Assembly: GCF_022539665.2 (NCBI RefSeq)
Contig: NC_081334.1
Coordinates: 2,108,001-2,172,000, forward strand
Length of the DNA: 64,000 nucleotides
Reading direction: 5' to 3'
From: Daphnia carinata
Lineage: Eukaryota
Shown here: positions 39,520 to 53,200 of the stretch, one piece after another
How the letters are laid out: every line of letters starts with the position of its first letter
Numbering within the stretch: the first letter of the stretch is position 1
Program-made: the position numbers and the translations under genes
The notes under the pieces: model-generated
Database searches by the model: none
What the model was told of the DNA's origin: nothing
The model's input: the letters and a program-made list of their open reading frames with translations, nothing else

Positions 39520-39926
39520 ATTTGTAAATCTTTTTGCTCTGCTTATATCCAACTCCTTTCAGTTTTATACCAATAAGGCATACAAGTAACCAAATCAGAA
39601 AGCAATAAGTCCGAAACCCACAAAAAATCTTTTGTTTAAGATCCAATTCTTCCAGAGCTTCGTTTTTCCTGCTTACGAATTTGTTCGCATTCCTTCTTAT
39701 TCTGTTCTACAGCTACACAAGGCGTTAAGCTCTATTCTTGAACGCGTTGCGGCAAAATTTTGGCAGCGCTTGTCGATAAATTTTGTTACCGAAATCTTTC
39801 GAATGTGATGAGTTTACCTGGTATATATAAGTTGTCGGCAATGCCAGCCCGCACTGGTCACTGCAGTATTTACTCCCCTGACGCGATGCGTTCATACACT
39901 GCGGTCCAGGTGTAACAGTGGATGAC
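39520..39926 (-). pseudogene. CXXC1/Cfp1 pseudogene fragment (non-processed)
   Basis: VIHCY[+4 nt]GPQCMNASRQGSKYCSDQCGLALPTTYIYQ|ILPQRVQE*SLTPCVAVEQNKKECEQIRKQ matches the Cfp1 segment SKYCSDxCG...IYxILPQRIQxW..xPCxA, as recalled from the family. Confidence 0.8.
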
Positions 39927-41142
39927 CTAAAATCGTTTGAAACAACGGTCAGGAAAGAATTTGTTATCTCACCCTCGTCTGCGTTGGTTATTGTAGTAGG
40001 ACAGTAGCAAAGACGGCAAGGCTACAAGGAGAAGACGGTGTGTTTGAAGAAATTGCGCAAGATGGCTGTATGATGGAGAGATGGATGGCTAATGAAAAAG
40101 CCCTATATGAATTGGCGGCGACGAAATGCCAGATGCCACGGCGATGCCTCGTTTAGGTACTACAACGTCATCCGACATAGCCATTCTTCATTCGGCTCCT
40201 TGTAGGGGCTTGCACCAGGGACTAAATTGTCTTCGTCCGGATTTTCAGGTTCTCCTCTTCCAGGCTCCTGCGCATTTATTGGTGGTTCATCCCACAATTG
40301 TATCCACCTCCCAGACCTTGTTAAGAAGAAATGGAAAAAAGCAAGTGTAAAGTCATTTTGAAACAAATGAACAATTTGAACAAATGAACTTCAAAAAAAA
40401 ATTTTTACAGATAATTCCTTTTTAGCAGAAATTGCTTGCCTCTTTCAGGATATCATAGGCACCCTTGTTGACATCAAGACTTAGATCTTTGTTTGGCAAG
40501 GCAGTTGCAACAACCTCATCTGCTAGGAGCTAGCTGCATATTTCACAACAACTCCAACATTATTTGTGAATTGTATATGATTCAAATTCTCATACTTACT
40601 AAAGGGTGTCAGAAATCCATCAACACAAAGCAACCTGTTGGGGAAAAATGATTATCATGGGACACAAAAAAAAATGGATGTTAACATTACCACAAGAATT
40701 ACAATCTTAATCTTTCAAACTTTCAAGTTTTATACATCTCAAAAGTTATCAAATATGCAATCTAAATTACGTTAATAAGAGCTCTGCCACTCAAGAAATT
40801 TACAACTGATTTAAAAAAAAACGTGGCTTAAAACCAATCCCTAGAGAAATTCAGTAGCTGGTATCACTTCTAAAAGCACTTTCAGGATCCAATACTCTCG
40901 ACTGAACTAATTTTATCCACGGCACCTGTCACACAAAATTGACCTACAAAAGACTGATAACTGCATGACACACTGAAAAGGCATTGAAAAAGACACTATC
41001 TGCGGTGATATTCAATTATTCGGTTACCATCCATTTCCTACCGCGTGCACGGCAAAAATGTAACAGCCGACGCTTCTAGATAACCTAGCAGTTAGACATT
41101 TCCTCACTAGATGTCTTGATATACCAATGTTGCATAAATATT

Positions 41143-41422
41143 CCAGGAGTAGTAACGACTGCAAAACAACTTGAGCTATGCATGTTAGGAACCAGAGATA
41201 GCTTTACCGAATCGCCAGTACTGTCCTATACCGGACAATTTTGGCCCGCCAGCGTACTCTGATAAATTTAGATCTTCCATAAAATTGGCGCTATTAAACC
41301 TGCCAATTATCGGAGCGTACTGGCGATTTAGCACTGAGCAGCATCAACGCCATCTAGGAACTTTCAAGAACGGAAATGCTTAAGCTCTTCCGTGTAAAGG
41401 GTATGTCTGTTACTACTCCTGG
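41143..41422. mobile_element. 280-bp MITE
   Basis: Terminal inverted repeats CCAGGAGTAGTAAC(A)GAC / GTCTGTTACTACTCCTGG, plus an internal inverted pair ATCGCCAGTAC (about 41211) / GTACTGGCGAT (about 41317). Confidence 0.75.
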
Positions 41423-43317
41423 TATACTCCGTGAACAGACCATGGAGTGTAGTTCAAGATTCATTATTTTTACATTAATTCATTATCATATTTCTAATAT
41501 AAGTATGACAGCAATCAAGTATTATGTTTCATCTCATGATTGGTACCGGTGATGGTTTGCGTACGTCATCGACAGTCATTTTTTAATACAACTGAACAAT
41601 GTGAATGACTGACATAATTATTTTGCATCTGAGTATACTTCCATATAAAAAAGCGAGAAAATGCGCTGCGTATTTTGTTTTGTTTCTTATGCCAAATAGA
41701 AGCGCGTCGTAAAGGACGAGCGTTGAATTTGAGAGTCCGTGAGTTCTAGCGGTCTTTTGTCCGCTTGCTCATGTAGACGTTATCAACGGTTTTCCATGTC
41801 CGGTTCAACATTTTGACAAGAAGAATAGCTTAGAACTGGGAAGGGGACTTTTTTCTTTTTATTTCCAGTTCCCTTTTTGAGTACAACTTAACTTGCCGTT
41901 TTTTCTTTCATATTTCGAATTTTATATGAACACGGTTAAACATCAGGCTCATCTCTGTAAGTCTTTTGCTTTAGAGAAGGGAAAAGGACAGCTTAAGTAA
42001 TCGTTTGCCACTTCCGGCATGCTGAAATCGGATATCTCATTTGATTTCGTTATCACCAGAGTAGCTGCGCAAATAGCAGTACGAAGTGCGCATAGGGATC
42101 TTTCTCGACGGTAGAGACCTTCGGCAGACTCAACGGTCATGACCTCAAAGAGAGGGAGAGAATGTTGTTATCTGGGTGGATCTGGTTTCTCATTTTCAAG
42201 AGATCGTTTATATGGGGCGTCTTTTGTGAAGGGGCCTTTTAGTCGCGCAGCTCAATTGAGCATCAGGTTGCTGCTGCCGTGAGAGTGAAAGGGCGTGCCC
42301 TCGGCGAAAGAAATCAAAAGGACGAGCTTCTATTTCCCTCTCGCGCTTCTAGGACTGAAATCTATTTTATTTTTTCTGTTGGGTGAATTGAGAATTCATT
42401 GCTGCTAAAGACACTTTGAAACATTTAATATTTACGCTTTTTTATCGATGATTAGTCCATCGATTATGTCTAATATCGGCAGCAATTTTCATTTGTTGTT
42501 GTTGTTTCTTAAATATTATAGCCCACTAGTTAATTCAATATAATTTTACGATATCAAACATCCTTAATAACTCAATGGGAATGCAATAAAGGGGGAGGTA
42601 TGTTTTGGATATAGAAACATCTAGAGATCAGGTAGCGCCCTTTTATTCAAGGAGAAGAAAAGATAAGGTGTACGATTATATTACTTAAGACGGTTTCAGC
42701 TGACTTGATGGTGAAGCAAAACGTTTTTGAGTAGAGTAGGAAATGGAAATGGATTGTTTCGTGCGCTATTATCGCTCTCTTCCGCCTTTTTGCAAACGCT
42801 GTCAGAAGGTCAGGGCTCGCTGCAAAGAACGAAGAGGATGGCAATCTTATCGTAAATCAGAAAGAGTACTAATGCAAATCAAATTTTTTATCATTTCAGC
42901 TACCCTTTAGTCTTTCTTTATTGGTCTCTGTTTTATCTTTTTTTACGAAGGAACTGTGTTGGTTTATTCTAAGTCTATCTATCAGGCCAATGCAAATAGG
43001 CAATCGATGTCGGTTAATGTAATGGTTGGGAAAGATATATAAGCGTTAATTGTAGAACCGCACACAATTGAAATTTAACAGAAACCGGTTGTATATATTT
43101 CTGCTTTTTATGTACATTGTCTAGAAGCACTACACATCACGAGAAATGAGCCAGGGAATGACTTAAAAATTAAAAACAATAACATCGGGGCAGAAATAAA
43201 TACAACTTTGTTATGTCATAAGTACGGGAAGGATGACCAAGGACAGTATTCGCAACAATATTGGAAATAGGCGGAATGTTACACGATTGGATGAAACTAA
43301 AGAAAACAAATAAAGTA

Positions 43318-44643
43318 TCACCAAGGTCTCCATACGCTTGATTTTTCTGCGTCTGGTTTCGGCAAAGATAATGAAATGTGGTCTTTATACGGACTAACTC
43401 CGCGCTGACGCATAATTTCAGAAGCACAGGTAGGCTGAGTGGGAGACGGGGCTAATGAACTGGACGAGCTAACAGGTGAAGAGGTGCTGGTAGCAAGGAA
43501 GCCGCTTGTCCAAAGGTCGGTGTTGTAGACGTCATTCGCTTTCCCCTTGCTCTCAGATGACCATGAAGAAGGCATAATCCTGTGTCTTGTCAACTGGCTA
43601 TTTGTTCTTTGATTCCAGCTATCGGTCATATCTGGTGACCCATGAGGAATGGACTTGAAACCGCAAGTCCAGCGAGATGATGCAACATCAGTTCTAAACA
43701 CATTTGCTGGGGATGAATTCGGCGTCGACGTAAATTCAAAGCCATTTGTTTTGTTTGTAAAGGAACGTCGATGGCAAAAATCCTGGCTCTCTTCTGATGC
43801 TGACGAACACAGAGCGTGATTCACGGGCGAAGATCGATGAGGCAGAAGTTCGGGAGAAGACAAGAGCATGTCCTTTTCTTCAAAGGAAGAGCAGGAATCG
43901 CTTCCCAACGACAGTGAGGGGGATATTCGATGGATCTGATCAGGATCTATATTTGCCAAGAAGTTTTCTAAATGCCAGCCGATTCTTTTGTGTAAGTTTT
44001 CTTCAACTGTCTGCTGTTGTTGTTGGCGCAAGACTTCTCGAACAACGCGAGCGCACTCCTTGAAGCCAGCTTTAAAATTCGACGAGTCAGATGACGGAGA
44101 CGAACATGTGTCAGAAAATCCGGTACCGCGTTCGCCCAGGCCATTCCGCAATGCAAGCCGTTCCTTGTGGAGTTTTTGGACATAGTTAACGGTGAGTTCG
44201 AGAACGTCGGCTTTCTCCAGTTTAGATGGTCGGGAGCCCTTCATTCATAATAGTAATTGTTTAATTTTTGTTATTATTGCCTGGTAACATTTCATGATAT
44301 TATCAATGACACTATACCACATTACAAGTAGTAACCGATGTATGCAGAACCATGTCTCTTATGAGAACTATAGAAAAGACAAAAAATGAAGAACAAACCT
44401 CTTTTTTCACGTTATCCGTTTCCATTAGAAGCCGTTTTAGGTCATTGAGGCTCTGGTTAATGCGCGCTCGTCGCTTCTTCTCCATCATAGGTTTGCGCAC
44501 CTATTTTCATGAGTGATGCACAGATGAATTAAGCCATTTCCTGGGAAAGCCAACTAATATTTAAATCGTACCTTTCTGTTCTCCGAGCCGCGTGTTTCAA
44601 ATCGATTGCCTTCTACCAAACACGTGTCACGTTTTCGGTTCAT
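43318..44643 (-). CDS. Hairy/Enhancer-of-split family bHLH-Orange repressor with WRPW (possibly Sidpn-like), 3 exons
   Basis: MNRKR...ENRK|VRKPMMEKKRRARINQSLNDLKRLL...KKE|GSRPSKLEKADVLELTV, Orange domain FKAGFKECARVV and terminal VWRPW*. Confidence 0.92.
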
Positions 44644-45652
44644 TTTCACTTTTTCTTAAAGAATACAGAGCCAAAAACGCGCAAGAGATCAGAGACTATG
44701 TTTACGGATACGAGCCGAGTTTTACGGTTGATGTGTCTGCTGCAGTAGTTTGAAACCAACTGAACTAAATAATCACAAGGCTTACAAGGGATAGTCTAAA
44801 TAATCCTGGGATGTACACCTTGGGAACTTTTGAAAAAATGAACAGGTTCGCATGCCTTGTCCCAACGCCGACAAACTGTCATCGAAAAACTGTTGAATAA
44901 AAAACGATTGCAACCGCACACCATGCACCTCCCATTTCGTCCACCACCCTATTTCCTCAATATATCCGTGTACTATAGAACTCGATGAATGGTAGTTCTT
45001 AAGGCCCCTCCTACCCTCCCTTTTTTTATTTTCCTCAACCGTCTTTCGAAAATACAACAAGTTGGATTCCTCATCGCGCTTTCCTCTGGTAAACGTACCG
45101 CCGTTTTTTTACGTTATGATTAGCTCTGTCCTATAGAATTCTTTGATCATTTGTACGTGTTGTCCAAATGGCCTCGACAACACATTATAGTCTCAATCGA
45201 ATGCTGATTTCGAGGTAGCGATTTGTTTTCTCGTCAAATCAACCGTTTATGAAATATGTCGATTAACCACGCTGGCGCTGATGCCTATTAGCGCGCTAAC
45301 AACGCTAAAAGTCATACCGATAACCTAACGACAAAATGTTAACCGTTGTTTTGTCTGAAATCATTTTGTACACTTTGTAATTAAATCTTCTTGTAACTTA
45401 ATAACGAAGCTGAAATTTATTTTAAAATTGCGCCATCAGCAAAGTGTTTCACCGCAATTCCGTAAGATGGTATTTTGTTGTCAAGAGTCAAAGCTGATGG
45501 GCGTCTGCTCATGTGAGAAATACGGAAACAAAAGCGCACGGAGACACAAAACATTCTCATTTTAAATCGTTACTCAAACGCCTCATCAGCTATTCCTGCT
45601 CGGCCGATCGAGTGGTTTCGTCACTCGATGTCAAAAGCTGTTATAAACTAAC

Positions 45653-46893
45653 ATGGACATCAACAAAGCAAAAAGCATTATATTAGCTACCTTATTTGTG
45701 GTTACACTATTATCATGCCTACTGCCATTGAAGTTAATGGATACCATCCGTCATGTTGCAGACCCTGTTCGGAAATTAAGGTTATATTATTATCAATTTC
45801 AAAGAATCACCTTTCCTTATTGTTTTCTTATGAACATAAAGGTATACAAGAATTATCAGTCTGTTAAACTGTTTTGCTGGTGGAGTTTTTCTTGGAACTT
45901 GCCTGCTAGATCTATTTCCAGAAGTCCAAGATAACATGAATGATGTTATGACTGCATTAAAAATTAGCAGCTCATTCCCTGTTGCTGAATTTCTAGTTGT
46001 CTTAGGACTCTTCATTGTTCTTATTGTGGAACAAATTTCCCTTGACTGTAGATCTGAATCCACCAGGTAATATCTAATCCTATAGCTACTTAATAATGTA
46101 GCATAATTTAGTATTCTTACTTGTCTTGCGTAGGTTAGAGGAGGAGGAAAGAGAATCTTTGCTTCAAGGTTCTGTACGGAATGCAAATGAACCCAGCGGA
46201 GATCCAGAAGTGACATTTCAGTATGGAACTGTACAGCCTATCAATGAAGCAGCCCATCACAGTCATAGCCATGATAATTCTAATTCAACAAATTCTTCAC
46301 TTCGGGCTCTGTTATTGTCAATAGCTCTGTCCTTACATTCCATTTTTGAGGGATTGGCAATAGGTAATTGTTTATTTAACGTAAAAAATATTGCTCCTCT
46401 AAGTGTGTTTACTTTATTTTTTTTAAAGGTAGTTATTTATTTTGTTTGACTTTATTTTAATCCTTATTTTTTTTTTTAAATCTTAGGTTTACAAAAGAAT
46501 GTGGAGTCGGTTCTCCAGATCTTTGCAGCTGTAGTGCTACATAAGTGCGTGATAGCATTTGGTCTCAGCCTTAACCTCGTTCAGAGCAAACTTCGAACAA
46601 GAGTGATAGTTCAACTAACTCTAATATTTTGTCTAGCCGCTCCGATTGGTATGGGAATCGGAATGGGAGTCGAATTGCTCAGTAATTCTCTCGAAGCTAC
46701 AATACTAAGTGGTATTTTGCAAGGCATGGCTTGCGGCACATTCCTTTACGTCACCTTTTTCGAAGTACTTCCACACGAGTTAAATAGCAGTGATCTTAGA
46801 ACGCCAAAAATGATCTTCATTATCCTGGGTTTTGCTGCGTCTTGCGCAATTGTCTTCCTTGATCCTGAAACGGCAAAACCGAGATGTCCCTAG
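45653..46893 (+). CDS. ZIP (SLC39A1/2/3-like) zinc transporter
   Basis: LLNCFAGGVFLGTCLLDL, His-rich loop HHSHSHD, ALSLHSIFEGLAIG, LHKCVIAF and GTFLYVTFFEVLPHEL. Confidence 0.92.
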
Positions 46894-47369
46894 CCAATAA
46901 AGTTTCCATGTTTCTTTTATCTCTCTAGAGAAACAATCTCAACTCAACAGGAATATTTACAAAATATTCTTGATATTTGTCAAAAACTTGACTAATTTTT
47001 GAAAAATATGTGTATTTTGAAATTAAGCCGATAAGCATCGTTCATAAATAAAAACCTGTAAATAAGTTGTATTTTCATAATGTGAAAATTTGGATTCAGT
47101 TTCAACTAATGATGTTGAATAAAATGAGTGAACAAATATGCGAGATGACTAAGCATAATACGAAGACATCAACTTTCAAGTTCTCGAATGAAGAGTAATG
47201 TGGGCGAAACTCGCTAGGTTGCGCCTTGATGCACGTCAGCGTTTACTGAGAGTGGTAATCAAGAAGACGGTATAGTGAAACTTTCGAACAAGTTCTGGAA
47301 TCTGTCTAAACATTTGATTTTTCAAAGTTTTATTTTGAAATTCATACGAATTGCGGTGATTCTCATAAA

Positions 47370-49696
47370 ATGGCAGAATCGAGTGAACCACAAAAAATTA
47401 GGTTGACTGTGAAAACTCCAAAGGATAAGAAAGATGTTGAAGTCCCAGAAGATGCATCAATCAAAGAGGTAATAAATGAGCCACATTTCTTGAAATTAAT
47501 TATAATAAAGAATTTTGCGTTCGCTTTCGAAGTGTGGTTCAGCTAATAAAGTTTGGTTCAATTTCAGCTGAAAGAAATAGTGGCAGAAAAGTTTGGTGCA
47601 ACTTCTGAACAGGTGTGCCTTATCTTTGCTGGAAAAATTCTTAAAGACCAGGAGACTCTGAAAGGACACAACCTTAAAGATGGACTGACAGTTCATCTTG
47701 TGATTAAATCTGGAAATAGAAACAGGGCCTCACAAGACACAACTAGTAATGCTACGTCTAATACAACATCCCAGCCGTCTGCAACTCCTAGCAGACCCGC
47801 AGAGCCAAGTTCTTCATCACCTTTTGGGATTGGTGGGTTAGGTGGACTTGCAGGTTTTTATTTATAATGATAAGTTTTGCTTAGTATATCTTTAATTCAA
47901 GATTTTTGTTTCTGTAGGGTTGTCAAATATGGGGATGGGTTCAGGGAACTTCATGGAAATGCAACAGAATATGCAAAGAGAATTACTTTCTAACCCGGAT
48001 ACATTACGCCAAATGATGGACAATCCACTCGTTCAGTCACTCATGAGCAATCCAGATTACATGAGACAAATCTTGACATCTAACCCGCAAATGCAGCATT
48101 TACTAGAGGTAGATAGGGGAATTTGCTAATTTTGCATACACTTATTAAAAGTTATGTTTGATGGTAGCGCCACCCAGAAATCAACCATGTCATGAACAAT
48201 CCAGAGTTGTTGAGACAAACCATGGAAATTGCAAGAAATCCAGCAATGCTTCAAGAACTAATGCGTAGCCAAGATCGAGCACTTTCAAACTTGGAATCAA
48301 TACCTGGGGGTTACAGTGCACTCCAGAGGATGTACCGCGACATTCAGGTTGTTGAAAAATTTATTGTTTAGTGGAACTTGAACGAGTAATGGATTTTCCA
48401 TATCTGCATTAACAGGAGCCTATGTATAATGCTGCTCAAGAACAGTTTGGTGGCAATCCCTTTGCCGCTTTAGTAAATAACGCCGGCTCTGTTGCTGGAT
48501 CGGCTAATCCTCAGGCAGGACAAGAGAACCGTGCTCCATTACCAAACCCCTGGTCTGGACTATCACCAACTCAGTTTGTTGAATGCCAATGCCATTTGAC
48601 ATCAGTTTAATGAATAGTACGTTTTAATGTAATTTAAATAGGTCCAGTGGAAGTAGTTCTGAGGCAAGAACTACTGGTGAAAATCGCAGTACGACCACTC
48701 CCTCTACCCAGGGGATGCCGGGCATGACAGGGATGATGAATTCACCAGGAATGCAGTCTCTAATGCAGCAGATTGTAGATAATCCGCAATTAATGCAAAG
48801 TATGATGAATGCCCCTTATGTCCAAAGTATGTTCCAACAAATGGGTTCAAATCCAGAACTAGCTGAACAGATGATTCTCAACAATCCCCTCTTTGCGAGT
48901 AAGATTTTTCTGTTTCTTATTTGCAATTACATGTTTTAAATTGCGAGTTTATCGTCCAACTAGGCAATCCAGCTATGCAAGAACAAATGAGATCAATGCT
49001 ACCAACATTCATGGCTCAGCTCAACAACCCTGAAATCCAAAGTTTAGTTACAAATCCACAGGCTATGTCGGCGATGATGCAAATTCAGCAAGGAATGGAA
49101 CAATTACGACAAGTGGCCCCATCGTTTGCAACTACGTAAACTGTTTTGGATTATCGTGATTAAATAATTTAATATAATATTTCTATAATTTTAGGCTTGG
49201 TCTTGGTACACTTCCTCCGCCTTTGAATCCTGCTACGAGCACCGTGCCAACTTCTTCGCCTACAACGTCGACAACATCGCCTCCTCCACCCACAACTACC
49301 CAACCCAGTTCTGATGCGTTTAGCAACATGATGGCAAGCATGGTAAGGACATGACAAATAGCATTTTGTTTATCGACAATAACTAATAGAGCCGTTTGCT
49401 TTTCAAATGGTTAGCTCACTTCCCTAGCTGGGCAAGGTGGAATGGGAGGTGGAATTGGGGGCATGGGTGGCTCCACCCAACCACCCGAGGAGAGATACCG
49501 TTCTCAGTTGGAACAGTTAGCGGCTATGGGATTTATTAATCGGGATGCTAACCTTCAAGGTAATTTTAACATTAAAGCTTTCACCGTTTGTTGAATATTC
49601 TGAGTTGAATCACGTTATTTTTCAGCCTTGATCGCTACCTTCGGCGATGTCAACGCTGCTGTGGAAAGATTACTGCAGAACCGCCCCATGATTTGA
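47370..49696 (+). CDS. UBQLN: Ubiquilin (UBL-STI1-UBA)
   Basis: UBL ([10 protein letters not shown]...TVHLVIK), NP-rich STI1 repeats, [14 protein letters not shown] and UBA ([18 protein letters not shown]...[17 protein letters not shown]). Confidence 0.93.
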
Positions 49697-50258
49697 ATGT
49701 CGTCAGATGAAACTTTGTGTTCTTCTTTATTATTACTTTTTTCCTTACCACTCTTGCCATTCTATTCTTCTTACCTAGACAATTCCTTTCTAATTCTTTT
49801 TGGGTTGATTGTGGATACGGTTCCCCGTTCTTGTCGATTCCAACCGCATTACGTTGAAGACTGTTTACAAGGTACTTTTTCTTGTAGTCAGACGGGTTGT
49901 AACAATGATTTCTTTATCTTACACCTCTCGTCCTAACCACTTTAAGTTTCCCCTCTCCAGCTCCTCAAGGTGTTTCCAGACACATTTCCAATCCTATCAC
50001 TTCTCCCCTCCATTGGTTGTATAATCCCGATGTTAGAATCCATCCAATATATAAATGATCAAAAATTCTTTGTTGGTAAGGTTTTTGTAATTTAGTACTT
50101 AATTTAGGATAGAATTTCAAGTACCCACCGCGCATTCTCGCACTCCAAAAGCAAAAAAAAAAAGGTCGGCGAGAAAAAGCCCGCCGGCAAAACAGATTCC
50201 TCCTTCGTAGAGGTACTTGGATTAACATGTGTACAAGCCTCGATTGGCAGGTATATTA

Positions 50259-53200
50259 CTAGCGTAGAGGGGCAGAAGATGAGGAAGACAAGCTCCCTAA
50301 GCTGCTCGGCGGGGAAGTGGTGCCAGCTAGCTGCGAAATGCTGCTTCCTATTCCGAGGCTAGCACTGGCAGGTCCGCTACTGAGACTGCTCCCTACTCCA
50401 AAATTTAATTTTTCCATATCTTCATCCAACTGATTCTGATGCAACTCTTGGAGAGTGTGAACCAATCGGGTCCATTCATCGGCCCTTGGGACAGCCAGTT
50501 GCTACGATTGTTCAATTGAAGCGTGTTAGATAAACAAGTGACAAGCAAACATGGAGCTCATACCTCTCCAACTTCGTAAACCCAAATTCTTCCATTGTCA
50601 TCACCAACAGTAAGATTCATGCCAGACTGCGTCCACTTGACACGATTGAGGGCGGGATTTCCGTCAACATTAATACTGGTTACTGGTACCTAATCAAGAC
50701 GTACACACTCAATGTCAAAATAGATCAACAAATAGAGGCAGTTTAAAGTAAATACCTCGGTGTCCTGGTTGAGATTCCACACGTCAAGACGGCCCATGCC
50801 GTCAACTGTGGCAAACACAGCCGGGTGGATTGGAGACCAAGCGACATCATAAACATAATCACCATTATCTTCAAACGAATACAATGGTTTGTTTTCCTGT
50901 TGCGTCGAATGAATACAGTTGCTTAGTAATGTGATTCATGATGAATAGAAACACAAATTCTCACCTTAAGACTCCAAAGCTTGACAGTCCAATCAACCGA
51001 AGATGTGAGGAAAAGATGCGAAAAATCGATGGGTCCTTGAGAGTTGTGACAATCCATGCCACGGATTGGTCCTTGGTGTCCCTCGTATGTATCAATGATG
51101 CCGGCACGCGGCCCGTGACGACCGGCTATAAATTGAATAACTCAGTTGATCTCGCCATGGAAATCTAAACCTTTGTTTCATTCTAGTAGTACCCGAATAA
51201 ATGATGCCTTCCTCACTACCAACAATGAAGTTGTTGATGTCGGATTGAGGCTGTGGGAAGGCCATACAGGTGGCCGCAACTGCACGGCTTTGTCGCTGTT
51301 GCAAGTCCAGTGTTTCTTGAGGCTGTGCCAGCATGTCGAGGCTCCAGGAGCACATTTTCCCGTCGGTAGAAATCGAAATCAAACTGTGAGAGTTTTGCGT
51401 TCCGACAACGCTCAAACAATACACTGGATGCTGTAAGAAGAGAAAATATATTATATATATCAATCAAACTATTACTCTATCAGATGTTTTACCGTGTGGG
51501 CCATGGCGGAGAGGGGACTTCGCTGGACAGGTGTCCTCTTCGGGCTGCGGTTATCCCAGAGAACAATTTTTCCGGAATAGGTACCTCCCAAGATTAGGTT
51601 AGGATGGAATCGTGCGAAGCAGCATGAAAGAACGGGAGATTGACAATGAAAGATATACTCGGGTGTGGACTTCTTAAAGCGCGTATTCCAAACGAGACAG
51701 ACGCCATCAGGATCATGCGGTGAATCCTACAACGAACATGGGGTTAAATATCACAATATCCGAGTGTCATAAAATATCATTAGAGCCTTTACTTCGTTGT
51801 TGTGGTATGATGCAACCAGAAGCTCCGGAAACTGAGGTGACCAATCCATGCAAGTCACGCAACGGTTGCGAGACCAACGTTCGTCATAGAAGCAACGGTT
51901 CAAGTGAATCTTGTAGCCAGATCGGTCGTCACTGAAAGACATACACCTTCAATTTGTATCAAGAAGGATTAACGTGAAATAATTGAATTACATGTTGTTG
52001 TCTGTTTCTGATGCTCCTGTATAGTCCATAAATATGTCGACCTGTTCGCTGAGCGCCCGTTCAACAATGCGAGATGACTGGCCGAAAAATCGTTGAAACT
52101 CTTCCGTCATCAGAATCATTTGCTTCTCCTCTTCGCTCAGTTCTCGAGTGGGTTTCATTTGTTGCTGAGATTCCTGCTTGAACGCTGCTTCCTCTACCGA
52201 CGTCATGGCCGGTTTTACATCTAAAAGACTTGCATTGAAGTTTTACAGCATTAAATGTAGTTATCGTAGCGTTTCATTATCACCTTTGACTTGTGGCATT
52301 CCGTGCGGAAGTATGCCAGGTGGCAAAACAGAGTTACGCGAAGCATAGCTGCCATCCATATTTGGTAGTGAACTATCATCTTCTTCCGTTCGATCATAGG
52401 TCAGAACTGAAAAGAAAACAAAAACAAAGCCAAAAAATGAGAGCAGGGATTAAAATAAAATAGCGTGTTATAGTTTTCGAACAGTGAGGTGCCAACAAAA
52501 AAAAAAATAATGAATACGTCAAAGCGACAAAAGAAGTCATGCACTGCGAAAAAAAAATAAATAAAGGAGTCCATCTTGCGATTGTGATGACGGATTGTGA
52601 AGAGGTTACAAGAGTCACGGCAGGCGGATATCGAAAGAGGCAAAAGAGAATGAAACAAGAGAAGTCTTTGGGGGCAGCATCAATCAATAAGGTTGGAATT
52701 AAAGCACTTCAAGCAACTGATCATTCAACGGCAAACTATCTGGCAATATCGCCTTTTTTTTAGTTGATTGTTAGAACGTCCGACTTGAATCTACACGACA
52801 GCCTCGATCAGGGATACCAATCACCAGACGCTGGTCAAAACCAACAACCAACTTTTCGAACTAAATCGACGGAAATAACCGAAATTGAGGAGAAATAAAT
52901 CAAATAAAAGAAAAAAAAAAGTGTTTGGATCGAAAAGACGATGGCGTACATAATAAAAAATCATAGTTGATTTGAACTGGGCGAGGGACCCGTGTCACCT
53001 ACCTGGGAACTCATCATCCCACTCTAAAGCCGGATTGAGGTTATATTCATCTGAAGATACAAAAGTTCAAAAAAGAAATGGTGTCAAAGGTCGGAGAAGG
53101 GGGAGGCCCACCAATCGAGAGACGAGAGAAATATAAAAAAACGGAGAAAAATGGTATTAGGTAAGATTCAATTAAGTTCGCTTCAACATGAAAGCTCTGG

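Noticed and set aside
45512..45519. Su(H) site TGTGAGAA upstream of the HES gene
   Set aside because: A single 8-mer with no paired site, lying closer to the ZIP start; it is expected by chance.
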